Assembly: GCA_016193315.1 (NCBI GenBank)
Contig: JACPSJ010000001.1
Location: 91,981-155,980, forward strand
Direction of reading: 5' to 3'
Length of the DNA stretch: 64,000 nt
Origin: Candidatus Kerfeldbacteria bacterium
GTDB taxonomy: Bacteria > Patescibacteriota > Patescibacteriia > SBBC01 > CAIJZX01
Numbering within the stretch: position 1 is the first letter of the stretch; each line of letters opens with the position of its first letter. The notes beneath the pieces were generated by a model. The model searched no databases and had not been told where the DNA came from. It saw nothing but the letters and a program-made list of their open reading frames with translations. Positions 36,499 through 46,166 of this stretch are shown in pieces. Made by a program: the position numbers and the translations under genes.

Positions 36499-37056
36499 TT
36501 AGCGGCTGGGGTGGGAACGATCTGGCTCAGACCAGAGACTGAGCGGCAGGACTTCCTCGACCACGTACGTCGGACCGACCTGGGGGCCATAGGCAGTGTA
36601 ACCCTCGATTCTGTATCCCGACCGAGCCCAGTAGTGGGGTTCGACATAAGGCGCCAGGCGTTTGTACATTATACGTCCGGCAAAGGGGTTTGGACTGGGA
36701 CTGGACATATCGCCGTCGATCACGAAGTGGTGGTTGCTGACACTCGGTGGCAAGAATGGATTGGGGAACCCCAACTTGGGATCGTACCCGGCCGCCCCGG
36801 AAGGAATCGCGAAGTTCAATTCTTCAGCATCAGTCGGGAAATCGCCCCGAACCAGAGCGAACCTCCGAGCCGCGTCGACCGCAGCATAGGTCTGCTGGCG
36901 GGCGGTCTCGAAGGCTTGCTGGCGGCTGCGTTCGGCGCCGTCTGTCTTGAGCGCGTGGCCGACAAAGACAAATAAGCAGATGGCAGCGATCAGAGCCAGA
37001 GGGAGCCAGCCGAAAAAGTGACTCAACGGATGAATCGACTCCTGGGAGCCAGTCAT
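36499..37056 (-). CDS. hypothetical membrane-anchored protein (start trimmed to MTGSQES, which has RBS AAGGAG)
   Basis: ORF track 36499..37119. The ATG at 37056 is preceded by AAGGAGTAGCAAG. Single TM (FFGWLPLALIAAICLFVFVG). Confidence 0.45.
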   Translation of the reverse strand: MTGSQESIHPLSHFFGWLPLALIAAICLFVFVGHALKTDGAERSRQQAFETARQQTYAAVDAARRFALVRGDFPTDAEELNFAIPSGAAGYDPKLGFPNPFLPPSVSNHHFVIDGDMSSPSPNPFAGRIMYKRLAPYVEPHYWARSGYRIEGYTAYGPQVGPTYVVEEVLPLSLWSEPDRSHPSR

Positions 37057-37225
37057 CTTGCTACTCCTTGTCTTGAGTGGTTGAAAAGCACCACGAATGG
37101 GGGAGCGATGCCGCAGCATTCAAAGAGCAGACTCTAATCGCGGCTGAGCGGAGCTAAACATACTGCCTGGCGGCTGTCAACGGCATTGCTGACGCGGCGA
37201 TGACATCTTGCTGTATACTGTACGC

Positions 37226-38530
37226 ATGCCCGTTTACCGCGTTCTCGGCCGCACGCTGCTGCCATTTCTGCGCTGGCGGATTTCTCGCCTGGGAGGTGAA
37301 AACAATGTCCCCCGCGGCGGATTCATTGTCGTGGCCAACCACCAAAGCTGGATCGACTCGGCCATCGTGGCCGCGGCCCTGTCTAAACACATTGATCAAT
37401 CATTCCGCTTTGTCGCCCAGTCGAGCAAATACCGTTTTCTAGGCGGCATTCCGATCAACGAATATGACAAGAGCAAGGTCATTGACGTGGCCGCCGGTTA
37501 TCTACGCGTCGGGCACCCGATTATCATTTTTCCGGAAGGCAATAGCAACCGCAACCCCGAACTGCGCGGCGGCAAGACCGGCGCCGCCCGATTGGCGTTA
37601 AAAAGCGGCGCGCCAGTGTTGCCGATCGGCATCCATGGCACCCAGGGCATCAAAGCCTGGCAATCGATGCTCTGGTTTTTCAGTTTTTGGAAACCGTGCG
37701 CGGTTACCATCGGCCCACCCGTAAGTTTTCCGCGACAAGACCTTCGACCGCAAGACCACGAACGGCTGATGGCCGTTACTGATGACATCATGCGGCAGAT
37801 TAGCGCCGTATCCGGCAAACCATTGGCTGAACGCCCGTCCGAAGAACCGTTGCCGATTCATCAGCCCTGGCTGCGAACAATCCTCCACCGTTTCATCTAC
37901 CCGATGAATCGCTGGCGGGTTGAAGTGCATGGCCAAGAACATCTGCCTCGGGCCGGCCCGTTCATAGTGGCGGCCAATCACCTCAGCTATTACGACGCAC
38001 CGGCGCTATCGATCGCGGTTTTGAAAACTCGTGGTCTCCAGCCGTTTTACCCAACCAAAGCTGCGGTGGCCGCGGCTTTCAAAGCCATCGTCGGTCAAGG
38101 TGGGCTCGACGCTCTCGGCATGCTGCCGCTTGATGAACGAGATCGGACCAAGGTCTTGCGCTTTTCCGAGCGTCATCTCAAGTCCGGCGGCGTGATCGGC
38201 ATCTTCCCTGAGGGGACGCGCAACAAGCCAAAGATCAACCCAAACTACCCGCATGAAATGCTGCCAGGCAAGACTGGTGCAGCACGACTGTTCTTGGCGA
38301 CCAGGGCGCCAATTATCCCGGCGGCGATCGAGGCCCCAGAAGGGTTATCAGTCTGGAAATCCGCATTCAGCGTCATCGCTTTCTGGAAAAAGATGCGCGT
38401 TACGTTCGGTCCGCCGGTGGAGTTTGATCGGCTGACATCTGGTGAACCGACCAAAGACGACTTGACCACTATGACCCGGACCATCATGCAAGTGATCAGC
38501 CGGATATCTGGTCAATCGTATCCGTACTAA
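37226..38530 (+). CDS. tandem-duplicated lysophospholipid acyltransferase (two PlsC/LPLAT domains fused)
   Basis: ORF track 37208 (TTG); ATG at 37226. Two HX4D motifs (NHQSWID, NHLSYYD), each followed by a FPEG motif. Confidence 0.7.
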   Translation: MPVYRVLGRTLLPFLRWRISRLGGENNVPRGGFIVVANHQSWIDSAIVAAALSKHIDQSFRFVAQSSKYRFLGGIPINEYDKSKVIDVAAGYLRVGHPIIIFPEGNSNRNPELRGGKTGAARLALKSGAPVLPIGIHGTQGIKAWQSMLWFFSFWKPCAVTIGPPVSFPRQDLRPQDHERLMAVTDDIMRQISAVSGKPLAERPSEEPLPIHQPWLRTILHRFIYPMNRWRVEVHGQEHLPRAGPFIVAANHLSYYDAPALSIAVLKTRGLQPFYPTKAAVAAAFKAIVGQGGLDALGMLPLDERDRTKVLRFSERHLKSGGVIGIFPEGTRNKPKINPNYPHEMLPGKTGAARLFLATRAPIIPAAIEAPEGLSVWKSAFSVIAFWKKMRVTFGPPVEFDRLTSGEPTKDDLTTMTRTIMQVISRISGQSYPY

Positions 38531-38531
38531 C

Positions 38532-39146
38532 GTGGCAGCCAAACAGCTCGTTTACCAAACCCTGAGAAGAATCGGTTACCCGCTCTTCGGTCAAAAGCTT
38601 TCCAACGTCCAGGGGGCGGAGAACCTGCCGGGCGCTGGCGGCTACCTCATCGCCGCTAATCACGTCGACTTTCTTGATGGCTTCTACATTTCCGCGGCGG
38701 TCGGCCTAGCGCGCAACGTGCCGGTTTATTTCCTGACCGCCTCAAACAATTACTGGTGGACGACGGTCGCGGTTCAGATCAAGGCCGACCGCCGCGGCGC
38801 GATCATTGATCAGGCAGTTCGCGCCCTCACCGACGGCAAAGTGATTTGTAATTTTATCGAAGGCCAACGCAATCCGGCGACCAAACTCTTGGCTGGCAGG
38901 ACCGGGACGGTCCGGATGGCACTGACCGCGGGGGTGCCGATCGTCCCATTGGGTATCGCTTGCTCGGCCGGAAAGAATGTGGGACAATCGCTGATGTACT
39001 TAATGTCAAAGAATCATCACGTGACCATCAAGATTGGACGGCCGATCCGACTACCGGCGGCCGATCAGCCAGAGGACAATGATTTGCGGCGATACACTCA
39101 CCAAGTAATGCACGCGATCGCGCCCCTAGCCGGTAAGAAGATTTAG
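38532..39146 (+). CDS. 1-acyl-sn-glycerol-3-phosphate acyltransferase family protein (third LPLAT domain)
   Basis: 204 aa. GTG start. NHVDFLD and FIEGQRN motifs. Confidence 0.7.
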   Translation: MAAKQLVYQTLRRIGYPLFGQKLSNVQGAENLPGAGGYLIAANHVDFLDGFYISAAVGLARNVPVYFLTASNNYWWTTVAVQIKADRRGAIIDQAVRALTDGKVICNFIEGQRNPATKLLAGRTGTVRMALTAGVPIVPLGIACSAGKNVGQSLMYLMSKNHHVTIKIGRPIRLPAADQPEDNDLRRYTHQVMHAIAPLAGKKI

Positions 39147-39148
39147 CG

Positions 39149-40606
39149 ATGTATCTCGATTGGCAAAAAGTATCCCGCCTGCCGCGGGCAGAGCAGCAAG
39201 ATCTGCAGAACCAGAAAGTTCGCTGGTTCTTTCGGCACAAGCTGCCGTACTCGCCGTATTACCGTAGGTTGCTGGAGAAACTCCAGCTGTCATGGTCGGA
39301 CTTCAAGACCACCGATGATATACAGAAACTGCCGCTGACGTCGAAGGCCGACATCGCTCCCACTGTGGAAGATCGGGCTCGGCCGCGCCAGTTCATCCTC
39401 CAACCGGACGAACACCTGATCAAGAAACACGCTACCAAAGGGGAATTACTCCAGCTGGTCGGCATGAAAATCCGCAAACTGGACGCCAAAGCCGTATTGG
39501 AGAAAGAGTACAAACCGGTGCATATACACTTCACCACCGGCCGAACCGCGTTGCCAACGCCGTTTACTTACTCCACCTATGATTTGATGCTGCTCCGCGA
39601 AACCGGTCGGCGGTTGTTCAATGTCGCTGGCCTGTCCCGCGACAATGTTGGCCTCAACGCCTTCCCCTACTCGCCGCACCTCGGTTTCTGGCTGGCCTAC
39701 TACGGTTTCCTTGAAGCCGGCATCACTGCCCTGGCCACCGGCGGCGGTAAGATCATGGGCACGCAGAAGATCATGGACTCACTGGAGCGCTTGAAAGTCA
39801 ATGCCATGGCCATCATTCCCGGCTACTGCTATCACTTGCTGCGGGAGGCAGTCAAGCAGCGGCGAGACTTCTCAAATCTGAAATACATTTTCTTCGGCGC
39901 CGAGCGCGTCAGCCCGGCCTTCCGCGAAAAAGTTAAGGAGTTGCTTCGGCACGTCGGTGCCAGCGAAGTCAGCATCCAAGCCACCTATGCATCGACCGAG
40001 TTCAAAACCGCCTGGATTCAGTGCGCCGAACACACCGGCTACCATCTATATCCAGACCTGGAGTTTGTTGAGCTGGTGGACGAAGACGGCCGGCGAGTCA
40101 AAGAAGATGAAAGCGGCGAAGTTGTTTACACCGCGCTTGATTGGCGCGGCACGGTCGTCGTTCGGTACCGGACCGGTGATCTGGCGCAAGGCATCGAATA
40201 CACGGCCTGCCCCAACTGCGGCCGGACCGTGCCGCGCATTCTGCCGGACATTCAGCGCCGCTCAGACATGAAAGAGTTTCATCTGACGAAAATCAAGGGC
40301 GAACTCGTCAACCTGAACAACGTTTTCCCGATCATGTCGGGGATCAAGGGGCTCGACGAGTGGCAGCTTGTCATCCGCAAAAAGAACAACGACCCGCACG
40401 ATCTCGATGAGTTGGTAGTCCACGTGTCCGCCAAGGAAGGCGCAGCCTTCAATCAAGTTCGGTCGGAGGTCGAGAAGAAGATGCGCGATGAGATGCAAGT
40501 TGGCGTGATGGTTGAGGAGAAGACGACTGAGGAGTTGATTGGGAGTTTGGGGATGGAGACGGAGCTGAAGGAGAAAAGAATTCTAGATAGTCGCCCGAAG
40601 CAGTAA
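39149..40606 (+). CDS. PaaK-like / coenzyme F390 synthetase-like adenylate-forming enzyme
   Basis: 485 aa. Degenerate P-loop HFTTGRTALPTP; the overall layout resembles the phenylacetate-CoA ligase family. Confidence 0.55.
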   Translation: MYLDWQKVSRLPRAEQQDLQNQKVRWFFRHKLPYSPYYRRLLEKLQLSWSDFKTTDDIQKLPLTSKADIAPTVEDRARPRQFILQPDEHLIKKHATKGELLQLVGMKIRKLDAKAVLEKEYKPVHIHFTTGRTALPTPFTYSTYDLMLLRETGRRLFNVAGLSRDNVGLNAFPYSPHLGFWLAYYGFLEAGITALATGGGKIMGTQKIMDSLERLKVNAMAIIPGYCYHLLREAVKQRRDFSNLKYIFFGAERVSPAFREKVKELLRHVGASEVSIQATYASTEFKTAWIQCAEHTGYHLYPDLEFVELVDEDGRRVKEDESGEVVYTALDWRGTVVVRYRTGDLAQGIEYTACPNCGRTVPRILPDIQRRSDMKEFHLTKIKGELVNLNNVFPIMSGIKGLDEWQLVIRKKNNDPHDLDELVVHVSAKEGAAFNQVRSEVEKKMRDEMQVGVMVEEKTTEELIGSLGMETELKEKRILDSRPKQ

Positions 40607-41079
40607 TGTCCGCCGCTACATCGAAATATGATGGTCAAGTAGAAACCGTTGTTGGTGTGCTTATCGTCGATGAAGACGGGAGAATCCTACTCATCCAGTC
40701 CCCCAAATGGAGCGACAAAAGTCTGTTCCCGGGCGGGCACGTGGAGTATGGAGAATCGATTTTGGAGGCGGCGAAACGGGAGGGCGAGGAAGAAACTGGT
40801 TTGAAACTCGAACCGAACTATGTTGTGAACGTTGGAGAAAACATTCATAATCCCAGTTTCGAACGACCAGCACATTTCCTCTTCATTCATGTAGTTTGTC
40901 GGGCCCTGACGACTCAGCTTAGTTTGAATAGTGAACTGAGTCGGTTTGAGTTGGTTGTTCCTGAGGAAGCCCTCAAACGCAATCTCGAGGCGGGTGCCCG
41001 GAAGTCGATCGAAAACTATCAACGCGGCGTTCGCTATGGCATTAGTTCTCACCAATGGCCACAAAAATCGGAGCACTAG
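40606..41079 (+). CDS. Nudix hydrolase
   Basis: 157 aa. Nudix box GGHVEYGESILEAAKREGEEETGL. Start overlaps the previous stop (TAATG). Confidence 0.8.
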   Translation: MSAATSKYDGQVETVVGVLIVDEDGRILLIQSPKWSDKSLFPGGHVEYGESILEAAKREGEEETGLKLEPNYVVNVGENIHNPSFERPAHFLFIHVVCRALTTQLSLNSELSRFELVVPEEALKRNLEAGARKSIENYQRGVRYGISSHQWPQKSEH

Positions 41080-41313
41080 GTGATAGACTTGGTACTAGGC
41101 ACAGAGCTAAATGGAAGTGCGACAGCGGGCAGCCGCCCCACGACCTACCGGTTGGCGACCGCTGTGGCTCGCCTGTACACTATCGGTTGACTCTACCTAT
41201 GAGCATTGCCAAACGGCTAATGAAGGAAAGCGAATTGTCGGTCGAAGAAAAACCCAAACGGGCCCGGCAGATCAAAGCTTGACGCATTATTATAACCGTA
41301 TTATAATACCGTC

Positions 41314-41553
41314 ATGGCTCAAAAAGTGCTCCAAATCGGTTCGTCGGTCGGGGTAACGATCCCCAAGGGGTCACTCCGAACGCTCGGTCTCAAAGTTGGC
41401 GACCAAGTCAGGCTTGATGTCGATGAGAATCGGAAAACTGTGACCATCCGCCCAACAAAATCAGAATCTGGCGAGGACGGAACAATCGCCAAGCTCACAC
41501 TTCGGTTTATCAATCGGTATCGTTCTGACCTTTTGGCGTTGGCCAAGAAATAA
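41314..41553 (+). CDS. AbrB/MazE-fold (SpoVT-AbrB domain) antitoxin
   Basis: 79 aa. LQIGSSVGVTIPKGSLRTLGLKVGDQVRLDVDENRKTVTIRP is a swapped-hairpin AbrB-type domain. Adjacent to Doc. Confidence 0.7.
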   Translation: MAQKVLQIGSSVGVTIPKGSLRTLGLKVGDQVRLDVDENRKTVTIRPTKSESGEDGTIAKLTLRFINRYRSDLLALAKK

Positions 41554-41946
41554 GTGCGCTACTTGACCATCGTGCACCTGTTGAAGATGCACTCATTTGT
41601 TATTGACGAAACAGGGGGCTTGCATGGCATTAGGGACCGGGGTCGTTTGTCTAGTGCGGTAGAACGCCCTCAACAAACGGCCTTTGGTCGGGAACTCTAT
41701 CCCACTATTCTTGAAAAAGCGGCTGTCTACATTCATTCGATCATCGGCGACCATCCCTTCGTCGATGGCAATAAGCGAACCGCCATGGCAGCGGCGTTTG
41801 TTTTTCTTCAGACTAATCATTTCACGTCAACGGCTGTTCGGGGCGAGATCGAACAATTCGCACTTCGCGTGGCCCGAATGAAACTGAACGTTCCGGTGAT
41901 TGCTTCTTGGCTCAGAAAGCATACTCGGAAGGCGAGAACACTGTGA
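41554..41946 (+). CDS. doc: Doc (death-on-curing) Fic-family toxin
   Basis: 130 aa. HPFVDGNKRTA is the Doc variant of the Fic motif. Confidence 0.8.
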   Translation: MRYLTIVHLLKMHSFVIDETGGLHGIRDRGRLSSAVERPQQTAFGRELYPTILEKAAVYIHSIIGDHPFVDGNKRTAMAAAFVFLQTNHFTSTAVRGEIEQFALRVARMKLNVPVIASWLRKHTRKARTL

Positions 41947-42143
41947 CCCAGTCTAATGTGTAAAGTTGACCCCGACGCTTTATTCGAGTCGACCCGGGAT
42001 TGTATGAAGAGGTCCGCCGCCGATGACTCAGAACAAGGGGCAATGGAACTTGGACTGGTGGGAAGAAATTCAGACATCAAAGAACGAACTTTCAAGGAAG
42101 CCAGAGCGAATGCCAAAAGAAGCATGGTCGTTGGTGCTCGAGG

Positions 42144-43670
42144 TCAATCGTGGTAGATGACTCGATTCCAATCCCGCCATAGGTCTTCGCTTGGTCGACC
42201 GCGAACCGATAAGTCGGCCGCCAACGGAAACTCCATGTGGTTGTAGCCGAACTGGGCGTAGCCAATGATCCACGGCCGGTTGGCGATGGCGCGGAAATAG
42301 GCCTGGATGACGCGGGCTTGGTCATCGGGGCTAAAGGCGTACTGGCTGTTTTTTAAGTCGGCCTCGGGCCCGCCGTACCACGGAACCGAGGCGATGTCAT
42401 AGAACGAGTTCCCCCGCCAGGTTTCCTTGACGTTGAAGTAGGTGGTGCGGACGAAGACTGGCTTCCCGTACCGATCATAGAGTTTCTTCGGTCCGGCCAG
42501 CACCCGCTCCGCGCCGGCTAGGAGCTCGTCGTCGGTCGGGTTGCTCGTGCTGGCGATCGGGGCGTCGATGGCGATGTAGAAGTAGTCGAGTTCGTCAGCC
42601 CAGGTGATATACGTCCCATCGGGAACCACCCCGCCTCCGGCCCCGCTCCAAACCATCTCGCCGACTTGTCCGCGGAAATGTTCGCGGATGGCTTTGAAGA
42701 CCGCGCGCCAACGGGCGTCCGCGTCCGGCGCCTGGTAGTCGGTGTTGACCGCATAATGGATCGCCTCAACGCCAGCGCGTTCAGCTAGCTGGGCGAAGTG
42801 CACAAGAAAGTTGGTGATTTCAGAAAAATACGAGTCCCACCACCCGGCCGGGCGGTTTTGGGTGGAAATGACCGTGCAACAGTGTTGTGGTTGGAGCATT
42901 ACTTTCAATCCCCGCCGTTTGAAAGCCGAGATTTCTTCCAACAGTTTGTCGTCGCTCGGGTAGTTCGGCGCTTCGGGATACTGATTGACGATTTTTGGCA
43001 ACCCATTCTCCTCAACCATCTGCCACGGCGGGTCGACCTCGACCCAGCGGTAGCCCAGGTCGGCCAGGCGCTCGGCTGTCTGGTCGAAGGTGTAGTCGAA
43101 GGCCAGGGTGTAGAAGTCTTCAATCACCTGCCCGGACCGGAATTCGGTGCCGTTGAGTCGCGGCAAGAATTCGCCGACCGGTTCTAGGTCGCTGGTCCGG
43201 TCGATCGTCACGCCGCCAGGCGGAAACCAGCGCCAGCGGGTGACCGCGTCTCGCTGAACTTTGTCCCTGGCAAACGTCGCTTGTCGTCCGCGCTCGGTCC
43301 AGAAATAGTCACCGGTGTCTGGTTCGAGGTACTCGGCGGCGCGGAAGTCATAACCATTCCGGGTGTAGCGGTACTTGATGGTCTGCGCTGAGCCTTCGAG
43401 CTGGAGCTGTTCGCGGGTGAGGGTCAGGCGGAATTTCCTGGGACCGACGCGCGGCATTGGGAAAGGACTTTGGGCGTAAAGGTGGATGGTGTCGCTGCTT
43501 GGGGTATTGTCTGGGACCGTTACTTCAAAGGTCATCGAGTCCTTAGTTTGCCTCTGGTTCGAAGGTGAACCACCCGAGAAGTTCCGCGTCAGCGACCAGG
43601 TTGCGGCGCCGGCGGCAATCAACAAGACCAGGGCGGCGAGGACGGTGACTGTTGGACGAGACGTTAGCAC
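42144..43670 (-). CDS. membrane-anchored putative glycoside hydrolase-like (TIM-barrel) protein
   Basis: 508 aa. GTG start; N-terminal TM. The C-terminal half has a GH-like pattern of conserved acidic/aromatic residues. Low-specificity call. Confidence 0.4.
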   Translation of the reverse strand: MLTSRPTVTVLAALVLLIAAGAATWSLTRNFSGGSPSNQRQTKDSMTFEVTVPDNTPSSDTIHLYAQSPFPMPRVGPRKFRLTLTREQLQLEGSAQTIKYRYTRNGYDFRAAEYLEPDTGDYFWTERGRQATFARDKVQRDAVTRWRWFPPGGVTIDRTSDLEPVGEFLPRLNGTEFRSGQVIEDFYTLAFDYTFDQTAERLADLGYRWVEVDPPWQMVEENGLPKIVNQYPEAPNYPSDDKLLEEISAFKRRGLKVMLQPQHCCTVISTQNRPAGWWDSYFSEITNFLVHFAQLAERAGVEAIHYAVNTDYQAPDADARWRAVFKAIREHFRGQVGEMVWSGAGGGVVPDGTYITWADELDYFYIAIDAPIASTSNPTDDELLAGAERVLAGPKKLYDRYGKPVFVRTTYFNVKETWRGNSFYDIASVPWYGGPEADLKNSQYAFSPDDQARVIQAYFRAIANRPWIIGYAQFGYNHMEFPLAADLSVRGRPSEDLWRDWNRVIYHD

Positions 43671-43772
43671 CAGCCCATAGTACCATAAATCCGCCGCCGT
43701 TTAGTCCGAGCGGGAGGTTGACTGGTGATCATTTCCAGGCCGCAATCGGTTTTCCTGCTATACTGACCGACT

Positions 43773-44177
43773 ATGGAGATGCGGATGTCCATCAGGCTGG
43801 AGGCGCGTCTGGAGCAGGCTCAGCGTCTGGTGCAGCGCCTGGAACAGCGGCTGAAGATGCATGTCGGTCATCTGGAGCGTCAACTGCTCAAGAAAGTTGA
43901 GTACGTGAACGTTGACTTCGAGGACCCCCGATCGCGGTACCATGTCGAGATGCTGGGAGAGTTCGTCTTTAAAGAATCGGAGGGACAGCCGTCGTTCGCT
44001 AGCCAGGTGCTCGAAGCCAATGGCGTCGTGGAGGATCAACTTGAAAAAGTGATCATCGAAAGTTTCGAGCAGGAAGACATTAGCTTGGATGTCGGCACGA
44101 AACGGAACGTCGACCGTGCGCTGCTCGTCCTGGCTGACGGAAAGACGATCGCAGTCACCCTCAGCTTGGACAAGTAA
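43773..44177 (+). CDS. hypothetical protein (coiled-coil N-terminus)
   Basis: 134 aa. No domain recognised. Confidence 0.35.
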   Translation: MEMRMSIRLEARLEQAQRLVQRLEQRLKMHVGHLERQLLKKVEYVNVDFEDPRSRYHVEMLGEFVFKESEGQPSFASQVLEANGVVEDQLEKVIIESFEQEDISLDVGTKRNVDRALLVLADGKTIAVTLSLDK

Positions 44178-44207
44178 GCGGTTCGCGCTGAGGCGGAGAG
44201 TCCATCT

Positions 44208-44699
44208 TTGCAAGAGGCGTCGGTCTTGGCGGCGGTTGAGCCTGACCAAGCCTGGAGCGTCCAACGTCTGTATGGATCACGGCCAGTTGCCAAGCGCGGC
44301 AAGATCCGCGGGTTTGTGGTCAAAGAATTCCTTGAGGGAACGACGCTCGGCGAATACACTGCCGCTTTGCCGCCACCGAACGCCCCTGAGGCGGAAGTGG
44401 TACAAAAAATAAGCCGCGCCACCGGTGCGGCCTTGGCCAATGCAATCGAGCATCTCGGCGGCGTCCCCAAAGACGCCAACCCGATGAACTGGATCGTCCG
44501 GCAAAAGGCCGATGGAGACTTTCAGGTGCGAAACTGTGATGTCGAGGGAGTGGTGAAAGATCCTGACGGAATTAAGCACGAAATCAGGGTGCTCGGAGAG
44601 CAGCTTGGACCATTTCAGGCGGAGTTCTATGGAGAACTTCCAACATCATTTAGGGCGGAAGCACCGTTACCAGCCGAAGCTAAGCCAGAGGATTCCTAA
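44208..44699 (+). CDS. hypothetical protein with a minimal protein-kinase-like catalytic segment
   Basis: TTG start with GGAGAG RBS. IEHLGGVPKDANPMNWIV...ADGDFQV resembles the LHxxGxxHxDxxxxN catalytic loop + DFG of Bud32/RIO/Kdo-kinase-like small kinases. The catalytic His is absent. Confidence 0.3.
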   Translation: MQEASVLAAVEPDQAWSVQRLYGSRPVAKRGKIRGFVVKEFLEGTTLGEYTAALPPPNAPEAEVVQKISRATGAALANAIEHLGGVPKDANPMNWIVRQKADGDFQVRNCDVEGVVKDPDGIKHEIRVLGEQLGPFQAEFYGELPTSFRAEAPLPAEAKPEDS

Positions 44700-44754
44700 G
44701 CGCCGAGGCGCCACCAACGACGACACGATCACGCCGTGATTTTTGTAACAATTC

Positions 44755-45327
44755 TCAGCTGATGGCACCGTTCGGAGTCAAAGCCGCTATCATCCGCCGT
44801 CGTATTTCCTCGGCGGCGGTCTTTGGTTTTTTAACGGCCCGCAGCCGGAAGTTTCCTCCAACGACCTGAAGGTACAGATCGGCCACGTTCATTCCCCATA
44901 TCGGCGGCGCGCTGACCACGACACCCCGGATGTCACCGTAAGGAACGAGCCGTGGTTTCTGGTGGCCGAACCAGCGACCAGTCACGATTTCCAGGCCGCC
45001 GTCAGTCAGCCGGTAAACGGTCGCTAGTGGATCGACGATGTTGATCACAATCACCGCGGCCAGGGTCAAGGGCAACAGGCCGATGATGATGATTTGCCAC
45101 GGCCAGATGATATTCTGAGATGCCGGGCCTGAACTGTGGCTGATGAGCTGAGGGTCAAAGGGCAAGTCCAGACCATAGCGGCCGAGCATGAACCACCACA
45201 AGGCCGTGCCGATGATAGCGATGGTCAGCGGTTCAAGAACAAGGATGAAGCGATGGAGTGGCAGGGTGGTCGTTTCTCTCATCCCGGCGGCCGGTGATGG
45301 TGGCGGAGGTGCGGCTTGAATCATCAA
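44755..45327 (-). CDS. membrane protein with bacterial PH (YdbS/DUF304-like) domain
   Basis: 190 aa. Two TM helices flanking a PH-like segment (YRLTDGGLEIVTGRWFGHQKPRLVPYGDIRGV). Confidence 0.5.
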   Translation of the reverse strand: MMIQAAPPPPSPAAGMRETTTLPLHRFILVLEPLTIAIIGTALWWFMLGRYGLDLPFDPQLISHSSGPASQNIIWPWQIIIIGLLPLTLAAVIVINIVDPLATVYRLTDGGLEIVTGRWFGHQKPRLVPYGDIRGVVVSAPPIWGMNVADLYLQVVGGNFRLRAVKKPKTAAEEIRRRMIAALTPNGAIS

Positions 45328-45980
45328 CGGATTTGCTTCACTGTCGGCTGCTGCCGACTAACGGCCAAGCGGGTTAGCAGGTAACCAAGAGCAAACCCGC
45401 CAATGTGGGCGAAGTAGGCCACCCCGCCGCCAGCCAAACCGAGGCTGCCAAAACCGCCGAAGAATTGAAAGAGGATCCAATAACCGAGCATGAACGACGC
45501 CGGGACGCTACTGACGCCATAGAATCCCCACAGCACATCGATTCGGTGGCGAGGGTAGAGGACGAGGTAGCCGCCCATCACCCCGGCAATGGCGCCGGAA
45601 GCGCCGAGATTCGGAATGGTTGATGATGGATCGATGACAATCTGAAGCGCGGAACCGGCCAGGCCGGCCAGCAGGTAGAAAAGCATAAAACGTAAGTGCC
45701 CAAACCGATCTTCCAGGTTGTCGCCGAAGATGTGGAGGAAAATCATGTTACCGACGATGTGGCCCATGCTGCCGTGGAGAAACATAGAGGTGATGAGGGT
45801 TTGGAGATTGAGGCCGCGGACAATGTCGGCCGGGATCAGCGCCTGGCTATTGATGAAGCCCTCCAACCCGGCCGCACCGAGCGTCATCATGTACACGAAG
45901 ACAACGATGTTGGTCGCCAACAAGCCGTACGTCACGAATGGCCTCCGGCCGGAGGGGTTGTGGTCGCGGATGGGGATCAC
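45324..45980 (-). CDS. rhomboid family intramembrane serine protease
   Basis: 218 aa. GxSG (GASGAIAG) and catalytic His (AHIGGFALG) in TM segments. Confidence 0.8.
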   Translation of the reverse strand: MIPIRDHNPSGRRPFVTYGLLATNIVVFVYMMTLGAAGLEGFINSQALIPADIVRGLNLQTLITSMFLHGSMGHIVGNMIFLHIFGDNLEDRFGHLRFMLFYLLAGLAGSALQIVIDPSSTIPNLGASGAIAGVMGGYLVLYPRHRIDVLWGFYGVSSVPASFMLGYWILFQFFGGFGSLGLAGGGVAYFAHIGGFALGYLLTRLAVSRQQPTVKQIR

Positions 45981-46166
45981 CCCGTGAAAGCGTTAGAATA
46001 TATAGTCTGCGGAACTTCGGATCTGAACGTGCCTGAGAATGGGCGCTCTAACGGGATCATTTACTAAGGCAGTATAGCACACGAGGTAGCCAGTTGACGG
46101 CTGAATCGATGATTGCTATAGTGTGTTGTTCGACCTTTCAAAACCATCGGGCCGCATCACCCAAAA

